Position numbers and translations under genes: made by a program. Below are positions 11,507 to 23,078 of a DNA stretch of 64,000 nt, piece after piece. The stretch's first letter is position 1, and the number at the start of each line of letters is the position of its first letter. The DNA comes from Malacoraja senta (lineage: Eukaryota). Location: positions 124,001 to 188,000 of the forward strand of contig JAXLNO010000114.1 of the NCBI GenBank assembly GCA_038087875.1, written 5' to 3'. The notes beneath the pieces are model-generated. The model was given only the letters and a program-made list of their open reading frames with translations. It was not told where the DNA came from and did no database searches.

Positions 11507-13476
11507 ATTCAAAATTCAAGAGAGTTTATTGTCATGTGTCCCTGATAGGACAATGAAATTCTTGCTTTGCTTCTGCACAACAGAACATAGTAGGCATTGA
11601 CTACAAAACAGATCAGTGTGTCCATATACAATTATATACGTAAATACACACATGAATAAATAAACTGATAAAGTGCAAATAACAGATAATGGGCTATTAA
11701 TGTTTTGAGTTTTGTCCGAGCCAAGTTTAATAGCCTGATGGCTGTGGGGAAGTAGCTATTCCTGAACCTGGTTGTTGCAGTCTTCAGGCTCCTGTACCTT
11801 CTACCTGAAGCAGTGTGTGGCCAGGAAGGTGTGGGTTCTTGATACTGTTAGCCTTTTTGAGGCAGCGACTGCGATAGATCCCCTCGATGGAAGAGAGGTT
11901 AGAGCCGATAATGGACTGGGCAGTGTTTACTACTTTTTGTAGTCTTTTCCTCTCCAGGGCGCTCAAGTTGCCGAACCAAGCCATGATGCAACCAGTCAGC
12001 ATGCTCTCTACTGTGCACCTGTAGAAGTTAGAGAGAGTCCTCCTTGACAAACCAACTCTCCGTAATCTTCTCAGGAAGTAGAGGCGCTGATGTGCTTTCT
12101 TAATAATTGCATCAGTGTTCTCGGACCAGGAAAGATCTTCAGAGATGTGCACACCCAGGAATTTGAAGCTCTTGACCCTTTCAACCATTGACCCGTTGAT
12201 ATAAACGGGACTGTGGGTCACCATCCTACTCCTTCCAAAGTCCACAATCAGTTCTTTGGTTTTGCTGGTGTTGAGGGCCACGTTATTGTGCTGGCACCAT
12301 GTGGACAGTCGCTCGATCTCTCTTCTATACTATGACTCATCCCCATCAGTGATACGTCCCACAACAGTGGTGTCGTCAGCGAACTTGATGATAGAGTTCG
12401 CACTATGACCGGCTACGCAGTCATGAGTATAGAGTGAGTACAGCAGGGGGCTGAGCACGCAACCTTGAGGTGCTCCCATGCAGATTGTTATCGAGGATGA
12501 CACATTTCCACCAATACGAACAGACTGTGGTCTGTGAATGAGGAAGTCGAGGATCCAATTGCAGAGGGATGCGCAGAGACCCAGTTCTGCGAGTTTGGTA
12601 ACCAGCTTGGAGGGGATGATTGTATTAAATGCCGAGCTGTAATCAATGAATAACAGCCTGACATATGAGTTTTTGTTGTCCAAGTGGTCCAGAGCGGAGT
12701 GGAGGGCCAGTGAGATCGCATCCACCGTTGATCTGTTGTGGCGGTAAGCGAATTGCTGTGGGTCCAGGTTTTTGTCGAGGTAGGAATTGATTTGCACCAT
12801 GATCAACCTCTCAAAGCACTTCATCCCCACAGGCGTTAGTGCCACTGGTCGATAGTCATTGAGGCACGTCACCTTACTCTTCTTGGGCACTGGTATAATT
12901 GATGCCCTTTTAAAGCAGGTGGGAACCTCAGACCTCAGAAGTGAGAGGTTGAAAATGTCCGTAAAAACTCCAGCCAGTTGGTCCGCACAGGTTTTTAGAA
13001 TACGACCAGGTATACCATCAGGTCCAGGCACTTTTCGAGGGTTCACCCCTCTGAAGGATTTCCTGACGTCGGCCTCTGTGACTGAGACTGAAATACCATC
13101 ACAGCGAATGGGGGTTCGGGAAGGCACATCAATATACTCCCTATCAAAGCGTGCGTAAAACGCATTGAGCTCGTCAGGGAGTGGTGTTTCGCCAACATTC
13201 GAGTTGCCTCCTAATTTCGCCTTGTAGGAGGTGATTGCATTCAGGCCCTGCCACAGCTGCCAAACATCTGTCTCATCCTCCAGTTTGGAGCAGATGTCCC
13301 TTTTGGCCTTTTTGATGGCCTTACCAAAGTCGTATCTGGACTTCTTGTTGACCACTGTATCATCAGACATGAATGCCCGGTGTCTGGTCTTCAGAAGAGT
13401 GCGGATCACAAAGTTCATCGAAGGTTTCTGATTGGGAAACACTTGGAAGGATTTTGTAGGGATGCAGTCCTCCACA
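11507..13476 (-). mobile_element. Rex1/Babar-type LINE, 5'-truncated, RT disrupted
   Basis: ORFs 12330-13724 and 11784-12281: DQLAGVFTDIFNLSL...YRPVALT...GAPQGCVLSPLL...KFADD. Confidence 0.9.
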
Positions 13477-13511
13477 GGGGGAGAGAAAGAGGGGAGAGGG
13501 GAGTAACTTAA

Positions 13512-13621
13512 CTTTACCAACATAGCTGCCACATGCGTGTCCTTAGCGTGTGAAGCAAGAACATGCGTGAGTGCTTGAACATACCAAGAACCGTGACGTG
13601 TGTTCGTCAAGGCAGCTGTGC
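13512..13621 (-). pseudogene. Orphan caspase-2-like exon (small subunit region)
   Basis: (G)TAALTNTRHGSWYVQALTHVLASHAKDTHVAAMLVK resembles caspase-2 GTAAMRNTKRGSWYIEAL...DMHVADMLVK (recalled sequence). It has a pyrimidine tract plus cag acceptor, and the donor reads ttaagt instead of gtaagt. Confidence 0.75.
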
Positions 13622-13654
13622 CTGGGATCAGAGAGAGAGGGGAAGAAACACAGC

Positions 13655-14280
13655 AACATAGACAATAGGTGCAGGAGTAGGCCATTCGGCCCTTCGAGCC
13701 AGCTCCGCCATTCAATGTGATCATGGCTGATCATCCCCAATCAGTACCCCGTTTCTGCCTTCTCCCCATATCCCCTGACTCCGCTATCTTTAATTCTCTA
13801 TCTATCTATCTCTTGAAAACATCCAGTGAACCTTCTGGGCAGAGAATCTCACAGATTCACAACTCTGTGGGTGGAAAAGTTTTTCCACATCTCAGTCCTA
13901 AGTGGCCAACCCCATTATCTTAAATTGTGTTGCGCTTGGTTCTGGACTCCCTCAACATTGGGAACATGTTTCCTGCCTCTAGCGTGTCCAATCCCTTAAT
14001 AATCTTATACGTTTCAATAAGATTCCCTATCATCCTTCTAAATTTCAGAGTATACAAGCCCAGATGCTCCATTCTTTCATCATATGACAGTCCCGCCATC
14101 ACGGGAATTAACCTTGTAAACCTACGCTGCACTCCCTCAATAGCAAGAATGTCCTTCCTCAAATTAGGAGACCAAAACTTCACACAATACTCCAGGTGGG
14201 GTCTCACCAGGGTCCTGTACAACTGCAGAAGGACCTATTTGCTCCTATACTCAACTCCTCTTGCTATGAAAGCCAACATA
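13655..14280 (-). mobile_element. CR1 LINE 3' fragment
   Basis: ORF 13920-14222 [18 protein letters not shown], plus a CR1 3' UTR. Confidence 0.9.
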
Positions 14281-14409
14281 AAGTTGGCGATATATTAATC
14301 TGATGAACGTCTGCCAACTATCAATATAGGCAGTCTTTGATTGAGTTAATAGTCTGTATGTTTATATTTATTTTTTTGAAATAAATGTATTTGTATAATT
14401 TAAAAAAGC

Positions 14410-14728
14410 GTGTGGTCATCCGCTCCACTGCAGGCCCTTCAAGTTTGTGGTCAACACTCCCACCATGTGGTGATCCACTGCACTGCAATTTCGTCTGATA
14501 TGTGGACAACACTCCCACCGTGTGGTGATCCGCTGCACTGCAGACCCGTCCGATCTGCGGTCAACACTCCCACCGTGGGGTGATCCGGTGTACTGCAGGC
14601 CCGGCCAATTATATCGACGGACCTGCAGTGCAGTGGATCACCACATGGTGGGAGTGTTCCCCACATACCAGCCGAGCCAGCACTGCAGCGGATCACCACA
14701 TGGTGGGAGTGTTGACCATAAACTGGAG
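14410..14728. repeat. Foldback array of ~58-bp units (four forward, two reverse)
   Basis: The core caacactcccaccrtgtggtgatccrctgcactgca is repeated and then appears as its reverse complement. Confidence 0.8.
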
Positions 14729-15147
14729 CAACTTATTATATGAATTCCATGCACATTGGAAGTTGCTGTCTAAAAATTAGATTTAATTGTGCTTTTTACT
14801 GCAAAATGGTTCTTTATTGCTCTATGGCCCATTTCCTTTTCCCGTAATACACCAATTCCCTCGATGCCAACATTTGTAAAAGCCCTGAAACCAGGGAAAC
14901 AGAAAAATAGGTGCAGGAGTTGGCCATTCTTCCATTGGTGTGAATATTGAAGACAGACACAGATCGGTGACGTTTCAAAGTTAATGTGAACTAGTCATTA
15001 ACTACTTGTGTGAAATGGTTAATGATAACTACCATAAGCAAAGCATGAAGGACTTTCAGGTGAAAGGAAGCCGTGTACGATGTGTAGAGTGGTCATTCAT
15101 TGAGCTTTGGACTAGACAGATAGTTGTATATGGATGCTTTTGCTCAA

Positions 15148-15460
15148 TAGACACAAAGTGCTAGAGTAACACAACGGGTCAGGCAGCATCTGTGGAGAAC
15201 ATGGATAGGCGACGTTTCACAGAGTGCTTGAGTAACTCAGCGCATCAGACAGTATCTGTGGGGAACATGGATCGGTGATGTTTCAGAGTGCTGGTGTAAT
15301 TCAGCGGGTCAGGCAGCATCTCTGGTCAATTTGGATAGACGATGTTTCAGGTCGTGACTCAAAAAAACGTTCCCCATCCACATGTTCTCCATAGACAGAC
15401 ACAAAATGCTGGAGTAACTCAGCAGGGCAGGCAGCATGTCTGGAGAGAAGGAACCTTTTT
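15148..15460 (-). repeat. Tandem ~65-bp Penelope pLTR-derived units
   Basis: Three units at 15153-15218, 15219-15284 and 15285-15348, each ending gaygtttc, plus a fourth partial unit at ~15395-15455. Confidence 0.65.
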
Positions 15461-15524
15461 CAGAATGAGAGTCACAGGAGAGGGAGACACAGAGATAAGG
15501 AAGCGTAATGTGTTACTCCAGCAG

Positions 15525-15936
15525 TCTGTATTATCTGAATGGTGTCAGGTTAGGAAAAAGGAAAGTACAACAAGAACTGGGTGTCCGTGTACATCAGTCA
15601 CTGAAAGTAAGCATGCAGGTACAGCAGGCAGCGAAGAAAGCTAATGGCATGTTGGCCTTCATAGCGAGAGGAGTTGAGTTTAGGCGCAAGGAGGTCCTAC
15701 TGCAGTTGTACAGGGCCCCAGTGACGCCACAACTGGAGTATTGTGTGCAGTTTTGGTCTCCTAATTTGAGGAAGGACATTCTTGCTATTGAGGGAGTGCA
15801 GCACATGTTCACATGGTTAATTCCTGGGATGGCGGGACTGACATATGTTGAAAGAATGGGTCGACTGGGTTTGTATTCACTGGAATTCAGAAGGATGACG
15901 GGGAATCTTATAGAATCATATAAAATTAGTAAGGGA
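15525..15936 (+). mobile_element. CR1 fragment cut by a Helitron end
   Basis: ORF 15508-15945 YLNGVRLGK...YSLEFRR, ending at aaggga|ctag. Confidence 0.85.
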
Positions 15937-16289
15937 CTAGACTAAGTGGGTGCCATTGGGTCCCAGCATCACACGGGGGGGCTGGTCACCCAACACAATA
16001 TTCCACCTCTCCACCAATTCCAATATTGCTCGCCAGTGGGGGAGGTGGGTTCTGTTGCGCAGGTATGGGTGTTGTGGGCCGAATGGACTGGTTTCCAGAG
16101 GGCTAGTATGGACATTGTGGGCCGAATGGATTCTTGGGCTGACAGCTCAATCACTGAGACCAGGCAGCTCAGTCACTGAGGCCTGACAGTATAGTCACTC
16201 AGACCTGGCAGGCTGGCAGCTGAGATACTGCCAGAAATTCTGCCCAAAACAGGCTGTGAGAGAGAAGGGGGAGAGGGTGGACTGAATGG

Positions 16290-16475
16290 ATTATTGGGCT
16301 GGCAGTTCAGTCACTTACAGCTGGTGGGCTGGCAGTTCACTTACTCACGGCTGGTGGGCTGGCAGTGCAGTCACTCACGGCTGGTGGGCTGGCAGTTAAC
16401 TTACTCACGGCTGGTGGGCTGGCAGTGCAGTCGCTCACAGCTGGTGGGCTGGCAGTTCAGTCACTTACTGCTGGT
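16290..16475. repeat. 30-bp minisatellite inside the Helitron
   Basis: Six units of ggctggtgggctggcagt(t/g)ca(g/c)t(c/t)actcac. Confidence 0.9.
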
Positions 16476-17598
16476 GAATGTGAATGACTTAAACTATAAG
16501 AACAATTTTCATGTTAAAGATGAGAATTATTAAGTTCTTTCTTGTGTCTCTTGTTGCTGCTCACTGTGTCTTTATGTCTCTTTGCTGTTGATTAAAAAAA
16601 AGACAATTTAAATATAGAGAGATTGAGCGGTCAAATTTTAACAAAGTAAATCTGAGAATTTATCTCAGAAGTCATCATTCAACAAAGCACGCTTTTAATG
16701 ACAACATTCTTGGTCGATGTTCCATCCTTCAGGAAAACTTTGATATTTCCCTTCATCTTTCCTCGGCTAAGAGACACATATAGTTTTCCATGCTGAAATA
16801 CCGGTTTGTCGAGGTAGATCAACACCTTCTGCATTGTTTGTGCTTTATGGATCGTCGTGGCAAAACTTGATTGAATGGGGAATTGGGTCTGCTGATGGGG
16901 AATGTCTTCACCTTCTGTTAAATTGAGTGCATACACTGCTCTCTGCTCAGCATTCAGCAGAGGCCCATTCTCCTCAACAAATTGCTGTTGTTCAGTTCTA
17001 CCGTATTGCAATTCCTGCAGCAATTCTGGATTGTCATCATCAAGGTGCATCCTTCCATTTCTTGGTTGTGGCAAATTAAAGAATTCCATTGTTTTGTTGT
17101 AATTCTCAATCCTCTGGACTCACTGAAGAATTTGTGCAAAACATTTTTTGAGGCGGGGCTGTCGGGGTGGGGTGGGGGTTTGCAAACGTCCTGCAGCTGA
17201 GGGAGGGGTGTGTCCTGCAGTGGGGGATGAGGGGCTTCAGTACGGGGAGCATCCTATAGCCAGGCGGAGGGCAGCGTTTTGAGGTGGGGGATGTCAGTGG
17301 GTGAGGTGAGCGACCAATTCATGGCCTCTGGACTCACTCACTGCCTTGGGACTAACTCATGGTCTCTGGACTGACTGACTCACTCACTCATGGCCTCTGG
17401 ACTGACAGACTGAATCACGGCTTGTGGACTGACTGACTTATGTCCGACTTCTGGAGTCACGTCCGACTTTTATAAACTGAAAACTGTGACATCCACATTG
17501 AGGAACAGCTTCTTCCTGACAGCCATCAGGCTATTAAACATAACAAATAAGCTATGAACTACGAAAGACTATTATTTGTACTATTTGTTATTTGTTTA

Positions 17599-17764
17599 TC
17601 ACACACACAACCTCCTCCACACACACACGCACTCACACAGACTCACACACACACATGACACACACACACACATAGACTCACACACACACACACACACACA
17701 ATCACAGACACACACACAGACCCTCAGACACACAGAATCACATACACACACACACACAGACTCA

Positions 17765-17804
<40 letters not shown>

Positions 17805-17845
17805 CTCACACACACACACAGATTCAGACTCACACATACACACAT
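17599..17845. repeat. Degenerate (CA)n microsatellite
   Basis: Directly visible. It continues at 19491-19685, and the paralog is (TG)n at 49302-49765. Confidence 0.9.
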
Positions 17846-17847
17846 AT

Positions 17848-19489
17848 AGGGAGGTTGCACGGGAGTCGGTTCATCACCCGTGAACCATTCTGTTGCTACC
17901 ACGCGATGAACTGCAGGTAAGCACTGACCATTGTTTCCAGCAGAGCGGGCCCATTAAAACCCGCCGAAATGGTCAATTATTTGCGCTGTAAATAATTATG
18001 GAAATCGGGATAAGCGTGAGAGACATTTAGCCTACTTCAGAATTCCAAATGTGAGCAGAAATGATGGTAGATAGAAGCGAGAGCTGAAGGGACAACAACG
18101 GCTAAAGTGCTTGGCGAACATTAGCCGTGCAGATATCGAGATTGATAATATTGGGAATTATCGCATTTGCTCACTGCATTTCATCAACAGTAAGGCATTA
18201 TTTGTGTTTTTTCTTGATTCCTTTGGCATCTAAAAAGTTTCAGAAGTGATAAATCTGGTTGTAAAATTTTAAAATCGCCCATGGTTCTCAAGTGGGTTTT
18301 TACATAAAAAAAGAAAACGCCTCTGAAGCAAATTTTACCATTTTAAAAAATCGCAGACCTTACGTGGGTTTTGAATTACATTTTACTCAGCCAAGGAATG
18401 GCATAATTGTTCGCTGTTAATTGGACATAATCAACGTCAGCAAATTGACATCCTATTGAAAGGGAGTGGGTGTTTAAGCTGTCAGGACATTTTATTATTT
18501 GACAAAATGTACATCGCTAGAATTTAGGAGATTGAGAGGGGATCTTATAGAAACGTACAAAATTCTTATGGGGTTGGACAGGCTAGATGCAGGAAGATTG
18601 TTCCCGATGTTGGGGAAGTCCAGGACAAGGGGTCACAGCTTAAGGATAAGGGGGAAATCCTTTAAGACCGAGATGAGGAAAAACTTTTTCACACAGAGAG
18701 TGGTGAATCTCTGGAACTCTCTGCCACAGAGGGTAGTTGAGGCCAGTTCATTGGCTATATTTAAGAGGGAGTTAGATGTGGCCCTTGTGGCTAAAGGGAT
18801 CAGGGGGTATGGAGAGAAGGCAGGTACGGGATACTGAGTTGGATGATCAGCCATGATCATATTGAATGGCGGTGCAGGCTCGAAGGGCCGAATGGCCTAC
18901 TCCTGCACCTATTTTCTATGTTTCTATGTATCAATAGCATAATGATAGAAAACTTACTTTTTCACACACCACTCATAAGTGGAGATTTTTTAAATGATAA
19001 ATTTAGCTTCAGAAGCATTTTCTTTTTGCATGTAAAAACCCACTTGAGAACCATGGGCGATTTTAAAATTTTACAGCCAGATTTATCACTTCTGAAACTT
19101 TTTAGATACCAAAGGAATCAAGAAAAACACAAATAATGCCTTAGTTGATGAAATGCAGAGAGCAAACACGATAATTCCCAATATTTTCAATCTCGATTTC
19201 TGCATGGCCAAGCACTTTAGCCGTTGTTGTCCCTTCAGCTCTCGCTTCTCTTTACCCTCATTTCTCTTCACATTTGGAATTCTGAAGTAGGATAGATGTC
19301 TCTCAAGGTTACCCCGACTTCCACAATTATTTACAGCGCAAAAATTCACCATTTTGGCGGGTTTTAACAGGTAGGAAAGTACGCGCTTTGTGTATTAACA
19401 ACATATACTGGAAGCTGCGATGTCCAGATGGATTGAGCGGCTCTATGCGTCAAGCCGTTTGACCCGGTGACCTTATGTGCAACCCCCCT
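17848..19489. mobile_element. Non-autonomous DNA transposon with two inverted THAP segments (ISL2EU/PHIS-like)
   Basis: Termini at|agggaggttgcac ... gtgcaacccccct|at. THAP-type MVNFCAVNNC...YFRIP on - (19352 downward) and a degenerate + copy from ~17969 ending ICSLHF. Confidence 0.7.
18510..18930 (+). mobile_element. CR1 3' fragment nested in the THAP element
   Basis: [18 protein letters not shown]...[10 protein letters not shown] with a (tctatgt)n tail. Confidence 0.9.
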
Positions 19490-20084
19490 ATACACACACA
19501 CAGACTCTCAGACACACACACAGACTCACTCACACACACACACAGACAGGGCTCACTCACACACACACACAGACTTACACACACAGACTCGCAACACACA
19601 CACACACAGACTCAGTCACTCACTCACATACACTCACAGACACACTCACACACAGACTCACAGACACACAGACCCACTCACAACCAATACTAAAATGCCA
19701 AGTAACTTCAGAACGTGGTAAACATACAGTGTGTAAACCAAATGATTCAAACGTTTAAAGCCTCCTGTAGAGGCTGCTGATGAAGCAAAAACATGCCTTA
19801 AATAACGTCCAACAAACACACTCACCATAGACAGAGCAGTAAGCTCTCTTGAATTATTCAACGTCTTCACTCTGTGCTATCTGCACTCAGCGCCATATTG
19901 CCACGACCCGGAAATGTCGCACTCAGCGCCATCTTGTCACTAGCAGGAAATGACATAATCAGCGCCATCTTGCCACTAAGCGGAAGTCACGGAATGAGCG
20001 CCAATTTTGCAATTAAACACAGTCCTGATCTAATAAAATGTGTATTCATGCTTTATCCATCCAAAAACTGTTGCAACCATTTTA

Positions 20085-20503
20085 AAACCAAGACAAACAA
20101 TTTTGCAAACATTTTACAACCAATACATTTTCTGCAACCATTTTATTAAAAGCCAAGACAAACAATTTTGCAAACATTTTACAACCAATACATTTTCTGA
20201 AAACAATTTTTTAAAGCCAAGACAAACAATTTTGCAAACATTTTACAACCAATACATTTTCTGCAACCATTTTAGAAGCCAAGACAAACAATTTTGCAAT
20301 TATTTAACAACCAATACATTTTTTGAAAACATGTTTTTAAAAGCCAAGACAAACAATTTTGCAAACATTTTACAACCAATACATTTTCTGGAACCATTTT
20401 AAAGGCCAAGACAAACAATTTTGCAAACATTTTGCAACCAATACATTTTCTGAAAACATTTTTTTGAAGCAAGACAAACAATTTTGCAAACGTTTTACAA
20501 CCA
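20085..20503. repeat. ~60-bp minisatellite (about 7 copies) inside the Helitron
   Basis: Unit aagccaagacaaacaattttgcaaacattttacaaccaatacattttctg.... A related reverse array lies at ~48460-48925. Confidence 0.9.
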
Positions 20504-20984
20504 CATCAAGGGGACTCACCGTCGTGCGTTCAGTGTTATTCACAGCTCAGAGTGCCGTGACCTTCTCGCTTCCTCCATCTCGCAGAGACTGAGTGAGGCA
20601 CTACACTTCCGGGTTTATAGTCCCTCCCCCTGCCACCAACGGGGGCAGAAGAGAGAATTGCAACATTTTTTAAAACATTAATAACTCTTTGATTTTTCAT
20701 CGATGGGAAAAATCCTCTGGTCCAGTGCAGCGGAGGGGGGGGGGGGGGGGGGGACTCTGAGCGAGGTGACAAAAATGACGGCCGTAAGTGGCGGCATTCT
20801 TTCAGAAATCATGAAAGAGAAAGTCAGAAAGTGATCAAGATCTATATTCAGCACTCTCTTCGCTCGACCTGCTGTACTTGCACTTGGCTTGGTTGCATTT
20901 ATGTATAGTATTACCTGATTTGATTAGACAGCATGCAAACAAAATATTGTCACTGTTTCTCAGTACATGTGACAATAATAAGTG

Positions 20985-21300
20985 TCAGCACAGTAGTGCA
21001 GCTGGTAGAACCGCTGCCTCAAAGTGCCGGAGACTCTGGTTCGATTCTAACCACGGTCACTGTTTGTGTGGAGTTTGCGTGTTTTTCTTATGACGGCGTG
21101 TGATTACTCCCATATCCCTATGGCATGCTGGCATCAACGTGAATGGCCCTCTGTAAATGTGCTCCTAATCTGCAGAGCAGGAGATAACATAAAACTAGTG
21201 TGAATGGGTGATCGATTGATGATTGGCGTGGACTCGCTGGGCCGAAGGGCCTGTTTGTATACTGTGCCTCTGAACACTGAATGATAACCCTAAAGCTAAA
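20985..21300 (+). mobile_element. tRNA-derived HE1-like SINE, degenerate
   Basis: A-box-like tagtgcagctgg, B-box ggttcgattct and a CR1-like tail. Inverted paralog at ~46770-47080. Confidence 0.6.
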
Positions 21301-21705
21301 GTGCGAGAATAAGTCGAGTTTAATGTCGCAACGGTGGTTTTTGTCAAAAGGTGTCGACATTGTGTCCATCCAGAATCAAGAAGAGAATGCACCCGTGGGA
21401 TTGAACAGTGGGAGAGGGACAATTGTTGCGAGTTAGCGCATTGTTTAGATGCCGCAGGGAATAAGTTACAGCAACAGCCTGGGGACCATTGTCAGGGCAA
21501 GCCGATGATTGCATCCTGGTCTCCCTCCGTGCAGTGTGCGGGTAGACAGCGGCGTGTGGCCTGACAGCAACCCGCTGATCGGAGCGCCTCATCTCCGTCA
21601 TGTGGTCTGCCTTTTAGCAGAGTGGGGTGGTGACACTCCAAGTGCAGCTATCGGTGGAGGAAAACAGACAAACCTTGATAATTCCATTATTTTTATTCAT
21701 CACAG

Positions 21706-21863
21706 CTCCTCCAATATCTTCGATGACGGACCTCCTGGAAGGGTGTAATGATTCGCAGCTGCTGGAATTAACAAATCATTACTGCCAGAGGCTGGAAGAG
21801 GCGATGGAGAATGTCGTCTTCGTTCTAGCGTACGAGAGATATTTCAGTGAGCAAGTCTACAAG
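21706..21863 (+). pseudogene. Orphan duplicated NLR death-fold exon
   Basis: cacag|...[47 protein letters not shown]|gtaggg is an inverted paralog of 46194-46360. No downstream + strand NLR exons were found. Confidence 0.75.
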
Positions 21864-22052
21864 GTAGGGAGAGGAATGGATGAGTGGATTACTTCAGCCG
21901 ATACTCCAATGTTTTCATGCATAAATATTGTGGGCCGAAGGATCTATTCTTGTGCTGTACTGCTTGTAATGAGTCGAGTCGTACACACATCAAGGTACAA
22001 CACATGTTTATTAAAGTACACTCACAGCATTCATCTGCATGGTGTTACAGTA

Positions 22053-22705
22053 AGCTAGCAGCAGTGGGACTTCACTCTGGCCATGGAGGAGGCCCAGGAC
22101 AGAAAGGTCGGATTGGGAATGGGAGGGAGAGTTGAAGTGCTGAACAAACTGGGAGATCAGGTTGGTTATTACGAACCGAGCGGAGGTGTTGGGCGAAGCG
22201 ATCGCCAAGCCTATGCATCGTCTCACCGATGTAGAGCAGCTGACATCTAGAGCAGCGGTGAACCTGTCTCACCTGGAAAGACTGCTTTGGTCCTTGGATG
22301 GAGTCAAGGGGGGAGGTAAAGCGACAAGTGTAGCATTTCCTGTGGTTGCAAGGGAAAGTGCCAGGGGAGGGGGTGGTTTGGGTGGGAAGGGACGAATTGA
22401 CCAGGGAGTTACGGAGGGTGCAGTCTCTGTGGAAAGCCGACAGGGGAGGAGATGGGTAGATGTGGCCAGTGGTGGGATCCCGTTGGAGGTGGCGAAAATG
22501 TCGGAGGATTATCTGTTGAATGTGACGGCTGGTAGGGTGGAAGGTGAGGACAAGGGGTCTCTGCCCTTGTTACGAGTAGGGAGATGGGGAGTGAGAGCAG
22601 AGTTACGGGGGATAGAAGAGAGCCTGGTGAGAGCCTCATCTATAGTAGAAGAGGGGAACCCCCGTTCCCTGAAGAATGAGGACATCTCCGATGCCCTGGT
22701 CTGGA
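22053..22705 (-). mobile_element. Penelope-like element fragment (RT C-terminus and GIY-YIG endonuclease)
   Basis: FQTRASEMSSFFRERGFP... and RCSRCQLLYIGETMHRLGDRFAQHLRSV...QHFNSPSH. Confidence 0.85.
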
Positions 22706-23078
22706 ATCCACCAGAGTCATTTTTAGTCTTCTCTGCCAAATGGATACAGTTGTCACCATCAACCCGCAGCAAGATGGTAAAGACACATCCGGGATCCTGC
22801 AGGTCCCGCTACAATTCCCCTGTCCCCCACTGGGGGCAGCACCGGATATCCGGCATCAGCAGCAGCGCCACATACCCGGGTCACATGACAGCAGGCAGGG
22901 CCGCCTCTGATGTCACAGCCCGGCCGGCCCGGGAAGCGTTGGGGTTTAAAGGGGTGGGCGGCCGTTTAAAGGGGTGGGCAGACATTTAAAGGGGTGGGCG
23001 GACGTTTAAAGGGGAGGGCGGGGAATCGGCCAACAATATTCCGGTCCCCAGGGCGGTGACTTTTACACCCCGAGATGT

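Larger units (their letters stand above)
15937..20842 (-). mobile_element. Helitron derivative (copy L) with PIF1 helicase remnant
   Basis: 3' CTAG at 15937-15940 next to a degraded hairpin. ORF 16679-17089 has LNAEQRAVY...FPIQSSFATTIHKAQ...VFQHGKLYVSLSR...TKNVV. Colinear with 47928-51349. Confidence 0.85.

Noticed and set aside
12330..13724. A 464-aa caspase-RT fusion protein
   Set aside because: The ORF runs by chance through a CR1 3' UTR, intron sequence, the caspase exon and a truncated Rex1, with no credible start.
14410..14728. CRISPR array
   Set aside because: The context is vertebrate with no cas genes, the linkers resemble each other, and the orientation flips.
17576..19758. His/Thr-rich ORFs (also 49236-49790)
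   Set aside because: They are translations of (CA)n microsatellites.
21374..21541. Additional upstream NLR exon
   Set aside because: The splice signals are plausible, but the paralog upstream of NLR-2 has an in-frame TAG, so support is insufficient.
22162..22989. 275-aa + strand ORF
   Set aside because: It is the antisense of the Penelope fragment and the NLR-2 3' flank.
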